Below are positions 1-7,977 of a stretch of DNA of 64,000 bases, one piece after another. Position numbers and translations under genes: made by a program. The stretch comes from Nitrospira sp. (GTDB lineage Bacteria; Nitrospirota; Nitrospiria; Nitrospirales; Nitrospiraceae): contig AP038806.1 of NCBI GenBank assembly GCA_047150005.1, positions 960,001-1,024,000 on the forward strand, written 5' to 3'. Numbering within the stretch: the first letter of the stretch is position 1; each line of letters opens with the position of its first letter. Under the pieces are notes generated by a model, which was given only the letters and a program-made list of their open reading frames with translations, ran no database searches and was not told the DNA's origin.

Positions 1-9
1 ATGCCTTGG

Positions 10-1256
10 TCACGGCACCTCCCAGAGTGCGCGGAGAGGCACGGCGTACATTGAATCGCCAAGGCCCGCACTCATCTCGCCGTCATATAGCACGACCCCG
101 CAGGCAAAGCGCTTACCCACGGTCTCCTTGAGCTTGCGCAAGCCACGAAAGTCAGCAGCGGTCACAGTGGCGGAGGCCTTCACTTCCACGCCCGCTACTG
201 CCCGTGCGCCACGCTCAATGACGACATCCACTTCATAGCCGTCCCGGTCGCGGAGATAGAAAAACGATAGTGGATCATCATGCCAACTTGCCTGCCGCTT
301 GAGCTCCTGGAAGACGAAGGTTTCCACAAGTTGGCCAAGCAGCGTTCGATCCGCCTTGAGGGCGACCGCGTCGGCGCCCAGCAGCGCGCACGCAAGCCCC
401 GGATCGCCGAGGTGCAGCCTTGGCGTCTTGACGAGCCGGCTCAGACGGTTGCTGTGCCAGGGCGGCAGCTCTTCCAACAGGAACACGCGTGTGAGGAGCG
501 TGAGGTAGTCTCGGATCGTCGGGCGGCTCAACTGAAAAGGCGCCGCCAAATCCGCGATGTTGAGGAGGCGCGCCGTTTGCGCAGCCGCCAGCGCAAGCAG
601 GCGCGGCAACGCGTCCAGCGAGCCGATGCGGGCGAGTTCGCGTACGTCGCGCTGCACGATCGTCTCGATGTAGTCCTGATACCACTTGGCCCGCCGACGA
701 CCAGCCGGAAGGGACAAAGCCGCGGGGTAACCGCCGGCGGCAATCCGTTCGGGGAGCGCGGACCCTAGCCGTGCCCAACGCTGCACCCTGAATCCTTGGC
801 CGAACAGGCTGTCGAGAAGGCCGGGACCCGTCGTGCCAACTCGCACTGCGCAAGTGGGTGCAATCGCAAAATGGCCATGCGGCCGGCCAGCGAGTCGGCC
901 AGCTTCGGCAGGAGCAAGACGTTCGCCGAGCCGGTGAGCAGAAAACGGCCGGGGACGCGTTCGCGGTCGATGGCCGCCTTCAACGCAGCGAACAGGTGCG
1001 GCACATGTTGCACCTCGTCGAGCACCACCCGCCGCGGGAGGTCGGCCACGAACCCCACGGGATCAGCCACGGCCACGTTGCGGGTCACCTCATCGTCGAA
1101 AGTCATGTATGTGTAGCCCGCCCGTGTACCGACGGTCTGAGCGAGGGTTGTCTTGCCGCACTGGCGGGGCCCGTGGATCAGCACTGCCGGTGCATCGGCG
1201 AGGGCTTCGGTCAAACGTGGCTCGGCGAAACGGGGGTAGAGGGTGCGGTCCGGCAT
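10..1256 (-). pseudogene. AAA+ ATPase with wHTH and DUF4143 (PD-(D/E)XK-like) C-terminal domain, split by a 1-nt frameshift near 815-818
   Basis: ORF 765-1292 has Walker A GPRQCGKTT, Walker B VVLDEVQ and LTGS/SLAGR motifs. ORF 10-846 continues with GGYP and EVDVVIE..GVEVK. Adding one C in GCC TTC [C]TC GAC joins them (...RVPAFLDSLFG...). Likely ATG at 1256. Could be a sequencing error. Confidence 0.85.
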
Positions 1257-1347
1257 CGGCTGATCGTAAGCCGATCCATCGGCTGATTGCAAGGTTCAAG
1301 GTCGGCTGATTGAAAGGTTGAAAAACGGCTGATCGAAACCTTTCACG
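1256..1347. repeat. Four direct repeats at exact 23-bp period (core CGGCTGATYG) upstream of the ATPase start
   Basis: CGGCTGAT begins at 1257, 1280, 1303 and 1326. Confidence 0.9.
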
Positions 1348-1384
1348 CGGGTACGCGAGGGGGTGCCCCGCACCGGAGCCGTTG

Positions 1385-1531
1385 TTAGTTCAGCTGCTTG
1401 TGGTCCGTGCGCTCCGCCGCCGGCTCGCCAACCGCAATCTCCAGGCCGTGGAGCACGTCATAGCCCAGCGCTTCAAGCCAAGCGAGAGCGGCGTCTTCGA
1501 CGACGGATTCGGAGAATGGTAGTGGGGACAT
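1385..1531 (-). pseudogene. hsdR: Truncated type I restriction subunit R (N-terminal 48 aa only)
   Basis: Manual translation MSPLPFSESVVEDAALAWLEALGYDVLHGLEIAVGEPAAERTDHKQLN* resembles the HsdR N-terminus. It lies directly downstream of hsdS. Confidence 0.8.
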
Positions 1532-1654
1532 CCCTCAGACCTAATTGAGCCAAAATAAAGAACCGACAGTTTTCCAATGACTTAGAGATGTTAGCTCTGA
1601 GAACTCTGGTTCTGATCTAAATGAGCTCAGGCCCAGAATGGCAAGTGGTGGCCA

Positions 1655-3064
1655 TTACGAAACCCTCGCCTCAATGAACCTCTCTGCGTCCTTTATCTGC
1701 AGCTCGCCGGAGATGAGTTTAGGCAAGAGCGTGTCGCGCAGGGCAACGAGTGTGCGGGATTCGCGCCGACATTCGAGGGTTCGCGCGAGCAGGCCTTCTG
1801 ACGTGCGATCGAACGCTGCAACGATGGACGAAGGAGGAAGGACGACCGGAAGGTTGAGAATCGCCTCGACTTGCGCCCGCTGATGGCTCTTCGACGTTCC
1901 CGTTACGAGACTCTCAATCTGCTGCCGAAAGAACGGCGAGCGCGCGAGGCAGTACACAAAGCTTCGCGTGAACGGTGGATGCGCACTTAGCACAAGGAAC
2001 TCCGTCGAGCAGACCGATCGATCGGTCGAGCCGACATCAACGAGCCATACCCGCTCGAGCTCGGGATTGAGTTTGGAAAGCAAGACGACGCCAGCCGGAA
2101 CGCGTGACTTAAGGCTCTTGATGCTCTCGCCGTACTCCAGCTTCGGAGTCTGTCCCTCGTCGAACGCTGGAATGCTGAAGTGACGGAAAAGTACATCTGG
2201 TGATAAACCAGGGTTTACCTGATCCCTTAGCTGATCCACCACGTCGCCGAATCGGCCAACCTCCCAGCCCTTGGGAGTCTCCCCCAGCTCCGAGTCCTCG
2301 AAGGAATCTGGGAACAAGTGGTCGTAGGCTTCGCCTGCGCCCACACCCTCACCCTGGTCCTCTCCCAGCGGGAGAGGGTGGAAGAGTGCTTCGCTCACAC
2401 CCTCACCCCCAGCCCCTCTCCCACTGGGAGAGGGTGGCCGAAGGCCGGGTGAGGGTTGATTTCGAGCACGGGCGGCGTTTCGCCGTACGGGATCGAAATC
2501 AATGAACCACGACTTGAACAGCGCACGTGCCATGGTCTCAAGCGTCTCGTTCATCTGCCGGTTTAGCTCGATCTTGTCGTCCAGCGTGCCGAGGATGTGG
2601 GCAATGGCATGTTGCACACCTAGCGGCGGAAAAGGTAGTGCTTGCGAGCCGAACGAATCTCGGCTTAGCGTCGGATTCGACGTCCCATCTTTGAGGTGAT
2701 TGAGGCCAATGTGCTTGATCAAGAAGTATGCGTACTTGAGGTCAACATCCGATCGACGAGGCATCAAGGAGTAAGCAGTATCGATGACCCAATAGTCATC
2801 AGAAGACCACTCAACGCCAAGTGGCCCTTGCCCTTTGCGGCCGAGGATGACGCCCGGCCCCTTGAAAAGGGCTTCATCGTGGCTTCCGCAGCGTCCGTTA
2901 GTCCCGTACACGGGAACAGAACCGGACCGACGAAGAGACTCCACAAGCGCTCTCCCATAACGAAGTTCGAATAGATCTCTGCTCGCGATTAGAGGCCAAC
3001 GAATCTGATCAACAGGCGGGAGACCGCGTGGCGCTGTGGTGCCAGGTGGTAGGCTAACTGCCAT
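1655..3064 (-). CDS. hsdS: Type I R-M specificity subunit S
   Basis: Conserved segments IAHILGTLDDKIELNRQMNETLE..LFKSWF, DSELGETPKGWEV and LRDTLLPKLISGEL, with two TRDs. ATG at 3064. Confidence 0.95.
   Translation of the reverse strand: MAVSLPPGTTAPRGLPPVDQIRWPLIASRDLFELRYGRALVESLRRSGSVPVYGTNGRCGSHDEALFKGPGVILGRKGQGPLGVEWSSDDYWVIDTAYSLMPRRSDVDLKYAYFLIKHIGLNHLKDGTSNPTLSRDSFGSQALPFPPLGVQHAIAHILGTLDDKIELNRQMNETLETMARALFKSWFIDFDPVRRNAARARNQPSPGLRPPSPSGRGAGGEGVSEALFHPLPLGEDQGEGVGAGEAYDHLFPDSFEDSELGETPKGWEVGRFGDVVDQLRDQVNPGLSPDVLFRHFSIPAFDEGQTPKLEYGESIKSLKSRVPAGVVLLSKLNPELERVWLVDVGSTDRSVCSTEFLVLSAHPPFTRSFVYCLARSPFFRQQIESLVTGTSKSHQRAQVEAILNLPVVLPPSSIVAAFDRTSEGLLARTLECRRESRTLVALRDTLLPKLISGELQIKDAERFIEARVS
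2346..2378. repeat. Partial palindromic element within hsdS
   Basis: CCCTCACCCTGGTCCTCTCCCAGCGGGAGAGGG; encodes PLPLGEDQGEG. Confidence 0.85.
2400..2455. repeat. 56-bp palindromic element within hsdS
   Basis: CCCTCACCC...CCCTCTCCCACTGGGAGAGGG.GGCCGAAGGCC.GGGTGAGGG; encodes [19 protein letters not shown]. Confidence 0.92.
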
Positions 3065-3155
3065 ACGCAATTTCCTGCAAGTTGGCAGCGATGGCAGCGT
3101 CCAGATTCGCCATTTTCTCTTGCTGCTCGCCCGGCGTCGTGCTGACCCGCTTCAT
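3054..3155 (-). CDS. Putative 33-aa ORF duplicating the HsdM C-terminal tail
   Basis: [33 protein letters not shown] aligns without gaps to Hsd[34 protein letters not shown]. Its ATG overlaps the DUF1016 TGA and its end overlaps the hsdS start. The duplication is clear; translation is unproven. Confidence 0.55.
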   Translation of the reverse strand: MKRVSTTPGEQQEKMANLDAAIAANLQEIAYGS

Positions 3156-4321
3156 TTCTTCCTCACCCGCCCAGCCGGTTTCACCGATCGTGGGGCCCGC
3201 CCAGCCAATTCCGCCTCGATCTCTTCCACCGTGGGTAGCGCCGACTGTAGCTCCTTCGGCAGCGCCCGCGTGAGTTCATACGTCGAGATGCCGATCGGTT
3301 TGTCGATGCCGGCAAAACTGTATTCGGCGAGCAGATGATCCTTTGTCTGGCATAGGATGAGGCCGATGGTCGGGGCGTCGGTCGCGTGCTTGAGCCGGTC
3401 GTTGACGACGTTGCAATAGAAGTTCAGCTTGCCGGCGTACTCGGGTTTGAACTTGCCCTTCTTCAAGTCGATGACGATGAAGGCGCGCAGGCGCAGGTGG
3501 TAGAAGAGCAGGTCGATATAGAAATCTTCGTTGCCCACGTCGAGCCGATATTGCCGGGCGACGAAGGCGAAGCCCTGGCCGAGTTCGAGCAGAAACTTCT
3601 CGAGGTGGCGGACAAGTTCGGTTTCGAGCTCGCGTTCCTGGAACGGCTCAGCGAGGGTGAGAAAATCGAAGATGTAGGGGTCTTTGAGCGTCTGCTGGAC
3701 GAGGTCGGACTGCGGCGTGGGGAGCATGGTGGCGAAATTGGAGACGGCCTTGCCATGGCGAGCGTGGGCCTGCGCGTCGATTTGCAGGGCGAGGATGTTG
3801 CGGCTCCAGCCGTTGGCGAGTGTCTGCTCCATGTACCAGCGGCGCGTCGGGAGGTCCTTGATCTTCTCGATTAGAATGACGTGGTGAAACCACGGGATCA
3901 ACCAGAGCAGCGAATCAACAGGGTGCGTTCCTGGCGCAGACGGTAATTTGGCCGCAGGCGGCGGCAAGTTTCCGGGGGACGACAATTTTGCCGCAGGCGG
4001 CGGCGAAATTGTGGCCGGCTCGGAGTACTCGCGATAGAAGGCGATCATGCGACCGATGTTTCGCTCGGAAAATCCCTTCAATTCCGGCAACTCGTTCTTC
4101 AGTTCCAACGCCAGCCGCGGAATGACGGCGGCGCCCCAGCCTTCGCGCCTCTGGCGTTCGTCGATGATGCGCCCGATATCCCAGTAGAGACGGACGAGCT
4201 CGGCGTTGACCGCGAGCATCGCACGGGTCTGGGCCGCCTGGATTCGGCCTTTGACCTCGGTAACCAGGGCCGCGAAGCCGGAACGGATGATGGTTGCTTC
4301 GCGCGGCCGCTTACCTGCCAT
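3152..4321 (-). CDS. YhcG/DUF1016 family PD-(D/E)XK nuclease domain protein
   Basis: [49 protein letters not shown] and IGLILC motifs. Confidence 0.93.
   Translation of the reverse strand: MAGKRPREATIIRSGFAALVTEVKGRIQAAQTRAMLAVNAELVRLYWDIGRIIDERQRREGWGAAVIPRLALELKNELPELKGFSERNIGRMIAFYREYSEPATISPPPAAKLSSPGNLPPPAAKLPSAPGTHPVDSLLWLIPWFHHVILIEKIKDLPTRRWYMEQTLANGWSRNILALQIDAQAHARHGKAVSNFATMLPTPQSDLVQQTLKDPYIFDFLTLAEPFQERELETELVRHLEKFLLELGQGFAFVARQYRLDVGNEDFYIDLLFYHLRLRAFIVIDLKKGKFKPEYAGKLNFYCNVVNDRLKHATDAPTIGLILCQTKDHLLAEYSFAGIDKPIGISTYELTRALPKELQSALPTVEEIEAELAGRAPRSVKPAGRVRKK
3945..4010. repeat. Two imperfect palindromic direct repeats inside the DUF1016 gene (PPPAAKL twice)
   Basis: AATTTGGCCGCAGGCGGCGGCAAGTT (3945-3970) and AATTTTGCCGCAGGCGGCGGCGAAATT (3984-4010). 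Confidence 0.85.
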
Positions 4322-6005
4322 ACCCCAGCTCCTTCAGGTTGGCGGCAATGGCAGCATCAAGCTTTGCGGCCTCGGCTTGCTGCTTGCGCAATGTCGCAGT
4401 GAGCCGTTTCATCTTCTCCTCGAACGGCTCGGCATCCTCCTCCTGTGCCTCAGCGCCGACATAGCGGCCCGGCGTGAGCACATGGCCGTGCTTGCGGATG
4501 TCCTCCAGCGTTGCGGAATAGCAAAAGCCTGGAATGTTTTCGTAGATCGTTCGCCCTTCGACATGCTCGGGACGAACGGCTTCCTTATCCCCTCGCCACA
4601 AATGATACATGCCGGCAATCTTGGCGATGTCCTCATCGCTCAGCTCTCGATGGACCCGGTCAATCAGCCTGCCCATTTTGCGCGCATCGATGAACAATAC
4701 CTCGCCCCGTCGGTCTCGGTATCCCTCACCCCTGGCCCCTCTCCCACTGGGAGAGGGGGGCCGAAGGCCGGGCGAGGGTTTGCCGCTCTTGTCGCGGCCA
4801 ATGAACCAGAGGCACACCGGAATCTGTGTCGAGTAAAACAATTGACCCGGCAGCGCCACCATGCAATCCACAAGGTCGGCCTCGATGATGGCCTTACGAA
4901 TCTCGCCCTCACCCGACTGGTTGGACGACATCGAGCCGTTGGCAAGCACGAAGCCTGCGAGCCCGGTGGGCGCCAGGTGATGGATGAAGTGCTGCATCCA
5001 GGCATAGTTGGCATTGCCTGTAGGCGGGATGCCATAGACCCACCGCTTGTCGTCCTTGAGCAGCTCTCCGCGCCAGTCGCTGTCGTTGAAGGGCGGATTG
5101 GCCAGCACGTAGTCAGCCTTGAGGTCAGGGTGTTTGTCGTTGTGAAAGGTGTCACCGTGGCCGATCTGCGCATCGATCCCACGGATCGCGAGGTTCATCT
5201 TGGCGAGTCGCCACGTCGTATAGTTCGACTCTTGGCCGTAGATGGAGATGTCGCCGAGCTTGCCGCTGTGGGCCTCAATGAACTTTTCGCTGCTGACAAA
5301 CATGCCACCAGATCCGCAGCAGGGGTCGTAGACGCGACCTTTGTAGGGCGCAAGCATTTCGACCAGCACACGCACCACTCTTGATGGGGTATAGAACTGC
5401 CCGCCCTTCTTGCCCTCGGCGCTGGCGAATTGCGCAAGAAAGTATTCATAAACGCGCCCCAGAATATCCATGGCGCGTTTACCCTCACCCCTGTCCCCTC
5501 TCCCACTGGGAGAGGGGTGGCCATCAGGCCGGGATGAGGGTTGACGCATGTCAATGTCGCTCACCAAGTTGATGAGTTGACCAAGCCGCTGCTTGTCGAG
5601 CCCTGGACGGGCATAGTCTTTAGGCAGCACTCCTTTGAGCGATGGGTTATCTCGCTCGATGGCACTCATCGCATCATCGATAATCGCGCCGATGGTCGGT
5701 TGAGGGGCGTTCGCCTTGAGATGTGACCAGCGGGCTTCCTTCGGCACCCAGAAGATACTCGCAGCCTTGTATTCGTCGGGATCCTCCGGATCAGCCCCTT
5801 TCTTTTGCTCTGACTCAAGCTCAGCGTGCTTCGCTTCGAACGCGTCGGAAATGTACTTGAGGAATATCAGTCCCAGGACGACGTGCTTGTACTCCGCCGC
5901 ATCCATGTTGTTACGCAGCGCGTCGGCGGCCGCCCATAGCTTGGCCTCTAGCGCTACTGCCCCGCCGTTCTTAGCCTTCTCCGATTCTTTCTTCACTTTC
6001 GGCAT
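4311..6005 (-). CDS. hsdM: Type I R-M methyltransferase subunit M (m6A)
   Basis: [30 protein letters not shown], motif [10 protein letters not shown], motif IV NPPF and [11 protein letters not shown] at 6005 follows GGAG. Confidence 0.97.
   Translation of the reverse strand: MPKVKKESEKAKNGGAVALEAKLWAAADALRNNMDAAEYKHVVLGLIFLKYISDAFEAKHAELESEQKKGADPEDPDEYKAASIFWVPKEARWSHLKANAPQPTIGAIIDDAMSAIERDNPSLKGVLPKDYARPGLDKQRLGQLINLVSDIDMRQPSSRPDGHPSPSGRGDRGEGKRAMDILGRVYEYFLAQFASAEGKKGGQFYTPSRVVRVLVEMLAPYKGRVYDPCCGSGGMFVSSEKFIEAHSGKLGDISIYGQESNYTTWRLAKMNLAIRGIDAQIGHGDTFHNDKHPDLKADYVLANPPFNDSDWRGELLKDDKRWVYGIPPTGNANYAWMQHFIHHLAPTGLAGFVLANGSMSSNQSGEGEIRKAIIEADLVDCMVALPGQLFYSTQIPVCLWFIGRDKSGKPSPGLRPPSPSGRGARGEGYRDRRGEVLFIDARKMGRLIDRVHRELSDEDIAKIAGMYHLWRGDKEAVRPEHVEGRTIYENIPGFCYSATLEDIRKHGHVLTPGRYVGAEAQEEDAEPFEEKMKRLTATLRKQQAEAAKLDAAIAANLKELGYGR
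4548..4578. repeat. REP-like palindrome in frame within hsdM
   Basis: CGTTCGCCCTTCGACATGCTCGGGACGAACG; encodes [10 protein letters not shown]. Confidence 0.75.
4723..4778. repeat. 56-bp palindromic element within hsdM
   Basis: Near-identical to 2400-2455; encodes [19 protein letters not shown]. Confidence 0.92.
5482..5540. repeat. 59-bp palindromic element within hsdM
   Basis: CCCTCACCCC..CCCCTCTCCCACTGGGAGAGGGG..GGCCATCAGGCC.GGGATGAGGG; encodes [20 protein letters not shown]. Confidence 0.9.
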
Positions 6006-6527
6006 GCACAATTCTCCGATGATCTAGAAACAGAAGGTACAAGGCCTGTCTTTATCCCGTCGAGCGACGAATCCGCAATCGGGACGAAGGAATGACGTGT
6101 TATGGAATGGCGTTGAACACTTAGATGTCGGCATGCCCCAATGCCTCATCCAGAACTGACTGGTGCGACAAACGACAATTAGCGGAATCCCTTACCTAGT
6201 TTTGTTTCGGAATGCAATCATTCTGACGGTGGGTCTGACTTGTGGCCGGTTTCTAAGACCAGAGCGCTCGTATTTCTACCGGCGGACCGGCGGAGGGTTA
6301 CGGATACGAAGGGAGTGATGGGAGTTTCGGATTTGTGATTTGGAGCTTCGGATTTACCTGGGAACCAGGAGCGGGTGGCGTGGTGACCGGCTTGATCGCG
6401 CGCAACGGAAGGGACCCACTGGGGGATGAGTGGAGTGAGCACGTCAAGCCGGTCATCACGACCGGACCGGCAAAAGTGGGGGCACTCATTCCTTGATCAG
6501 GACTCAATGCCGAGGAGAAGATCTCGC

Positions 6528-6594
6528 CTGGCTTCCCGCTTGCGCGGGAATGACAAACTTCAGTGCGTCTGGATGGCACACTGACCCACTACCG
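6528..6594. repeat. 67-bp repeat (REP/MITE half), inverted partner of 7628-7694
   Basis: CTGGCTTCCCGCTTGCGCGGGAATGACA...CTGACCCACTACCG. Confidence 0.88.
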
Positions 6595-6603
6595 AAGGTG
6601 AGC

Positions 6604-6715
6604 CGCCGCTCCGACCTTCAACGGCGTGGCCTGTACTGTTCGAGTCGTTTCGACGAGTTTACAGGCCACGAACGGACGAGGTTTAGCTGGGTACGCGCGG
6701 AGGTGGAGAGCGGCG
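6604..6715. repeat. Nested palindromic element with CTGTTCGAG..CGAGTTT core
   Basis: Inner stem CGTGGCCTGTA/TACAGGCCACG (6625-6670); outer arms CGCCGCTCCGACCTTC / GGAGGTGGAGAGCGGCG. Confidence 0.65.
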
Positions 6716-6783
6716 AGGATCGTGACCACGCTACTCTTGTCTTCCCATCCTCCCCTCCCCCGCTGCTGAAATCTACCGGGCGG

Positions 6784-6979
6784 GCAGCCGGGCGGAATCG
6801 CCCGCCGCCTTGCCGGAGAGGCCGGGACACAACTCGCCGAAGCGAGAGGCGCTTGCTCTTCTGTAGCAAGCGCGAAGACTGCACTGTTTGAGCCAGCCAC
6901 TGGCGAGTTTGCAGGATTCAGCGAGCGAGGTCTAGTTGGGTGGCATCTCAGGTGGGCGGCGGAGATTCCGCCTGGCTGC
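6784..6979. repeat. ~196-bp MITE/REP-like element with ~25-bp terminal inverted repeats
   Basis: GCAGCCGGGCGGAATCGCCCGCCGCC ... GGCGGCGGAGATTCCGCCTGGCTGC, with internal AACTCGCC/GGCGAGTT and GCGCTTGCT/AGCAAGCGC stems. Confidence 0.75.
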
Positions 6980-7303
6980 TTACCGCCCAAACGCCTTCTT
7001 GAGCAGCGGCTCTATCTCGCCTTTGGCGGCCATCGGATCGAGGACGTCCGTGTCGCCATAGAACTGCCCATCGATGAAGACTTTGGGCAGGGTGGGCCAG
7101 TTGGTCATTTTGGTCAGGGCTTCGCGCTTCGCCGGCTGTGAGAGTACGTCGATCAGCTCGTAAGGATAGCCGTATTTGTCGAAGAACTGCATGGTCTCTC
7201 GTGTAAACCCGCACATCGGCATGGTCTTCGTGCCCTTGCCGTAGATCAGAATCTTGTTCGCGGCGATTTCTTTTTGAATTTCGTCCTGGATCGGGTCCCC
7301 CAT
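6980..7303 (-). CDS. grxD: Monothiol glutaredoxin (Grx4/GrxD family)
   Basis: KGTKTMPMCGFT and WPTLPKVFIDG; AAGGAGG RBS before ATG 7303; adjacent to bolA. Confidence 0.9.
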   Translation of the reverse strand: MGDPIQDEIQKEIAANKILIYGKGTKTMPMCGFTRETMQFFDKYGYPYELIDVLSQPAKREALTKMTNWPTLPKVFIDGQFYGDTDVLDPMAAKGEIEPLLKKAFGR

Positions 7304-7316
7304 GATCTCCTCCTTC

Positions 7317-7556
7317 TTATGCTTCATCCTTTGTGCGAGCCGTCAGCTCCAGCGCGTGAATGCGTCCATCCTTCATTGGCGCATCAAGCGCTTGATAAAT
7401 CAGGCGATGCCGATCGAGCAGATTCTTACCCCGGAACGCCTCGGACACCACCACCACCTTCAAGTGGTCCAGGGTACCGGTGCGGTCGGTCATCGTCACG
7501 GCTGCGTCGGGCATCGCGCGCCTAATGTAGTCGGTCAAGGTTTCGGCTGTTATCAA
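7317..7556 (-). CDS. bolA: BolA family protein
   Basis: DHLKVVVVSEAFRGKNLLDRHRLIYQAL..IHALEL. Confidence 0.93.
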   Translation of the reverse strand: MITAETLTDYIRRAMPDAAVTMTDRTGTLDHLKVVVVSEAFRGKNLLDRHRLIYQALDAPMKDGRIHALELTARTKDEA

Positions 7557-7627
7557 CGGAGCCTCCTCAATATAGGCAGAGAATACCGTAGCAGCTTCCA
7601 GAAAGGCAATTTCCCCGACAACCCGCC

Positions 7628-7694
7628 CGGTAGTGGATCAGGTTGCCATCAGAAGCACTGAAGTGTGTCATTCCCGCGGGAAGCGGGAATCCAG
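7628..7694. repeat. 67-bp repeat, inverted partner of 6528-6594
   Basis: CGGTAGTGGATCAG...TGTCATTCCCGCGGGAAGCGGGAATCCAG. Confidence 0.88.
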
Positions 7695-7902
7695 TCAAGG
7701 CCTGGCCACGCACGCCTATTACGGATTCACCGTGAATCGGTTTTGATCCGCCACAAGCGTTCCTCCGTTCTGCGAGATCATCGCTCCCGTTCAAATTATT
7801 CGCGAAATCCAAGCATTTCGCACGATGCCGGCCGCCAATTTGATTGGTATGAATCTTGGGATAGCTCGCCACGGACGCTCATTGATCCAAGGAGGTGTTC
7901 GT

Positions 7903-7977
7903 ATGGGCCATGTCATGACACTTACAGCCGCCGGAATCCTACTGAGTTCCTTACTGCTGTTGCGGCGTATCTGGTGA
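7903..7977 (+). CDS. Putative 24-aa small membrane peptide
   Basis: AAGGAGGT Shine-Dalgarno, then MGHVMTLTAAGILLSSLLLLRRIW*. Confidence 0.5.
   Translation: MGHVMTLTAAGILLSSLLLLRRIW

Noticed and set aside
1256..1347. 23-bp array as a CRISPR
   Set aside because: Units are contiguous with no spacer-length unique sequence, and there are no cas genes.
1340..1392. Integron attC site at the hsdR truncation (CTAAC)
   Set aside because: No proper RYYYAAC/GTTRRRY pair or attC-like stem was found, and there is no integrase.
1518..1654. AT-rich hsdS-hsdR spacer as a MITE
   Set aside because: Only short direct repeats (CTAAWTGAGC, AGAATGG); no convincing terminal inverted repeats.
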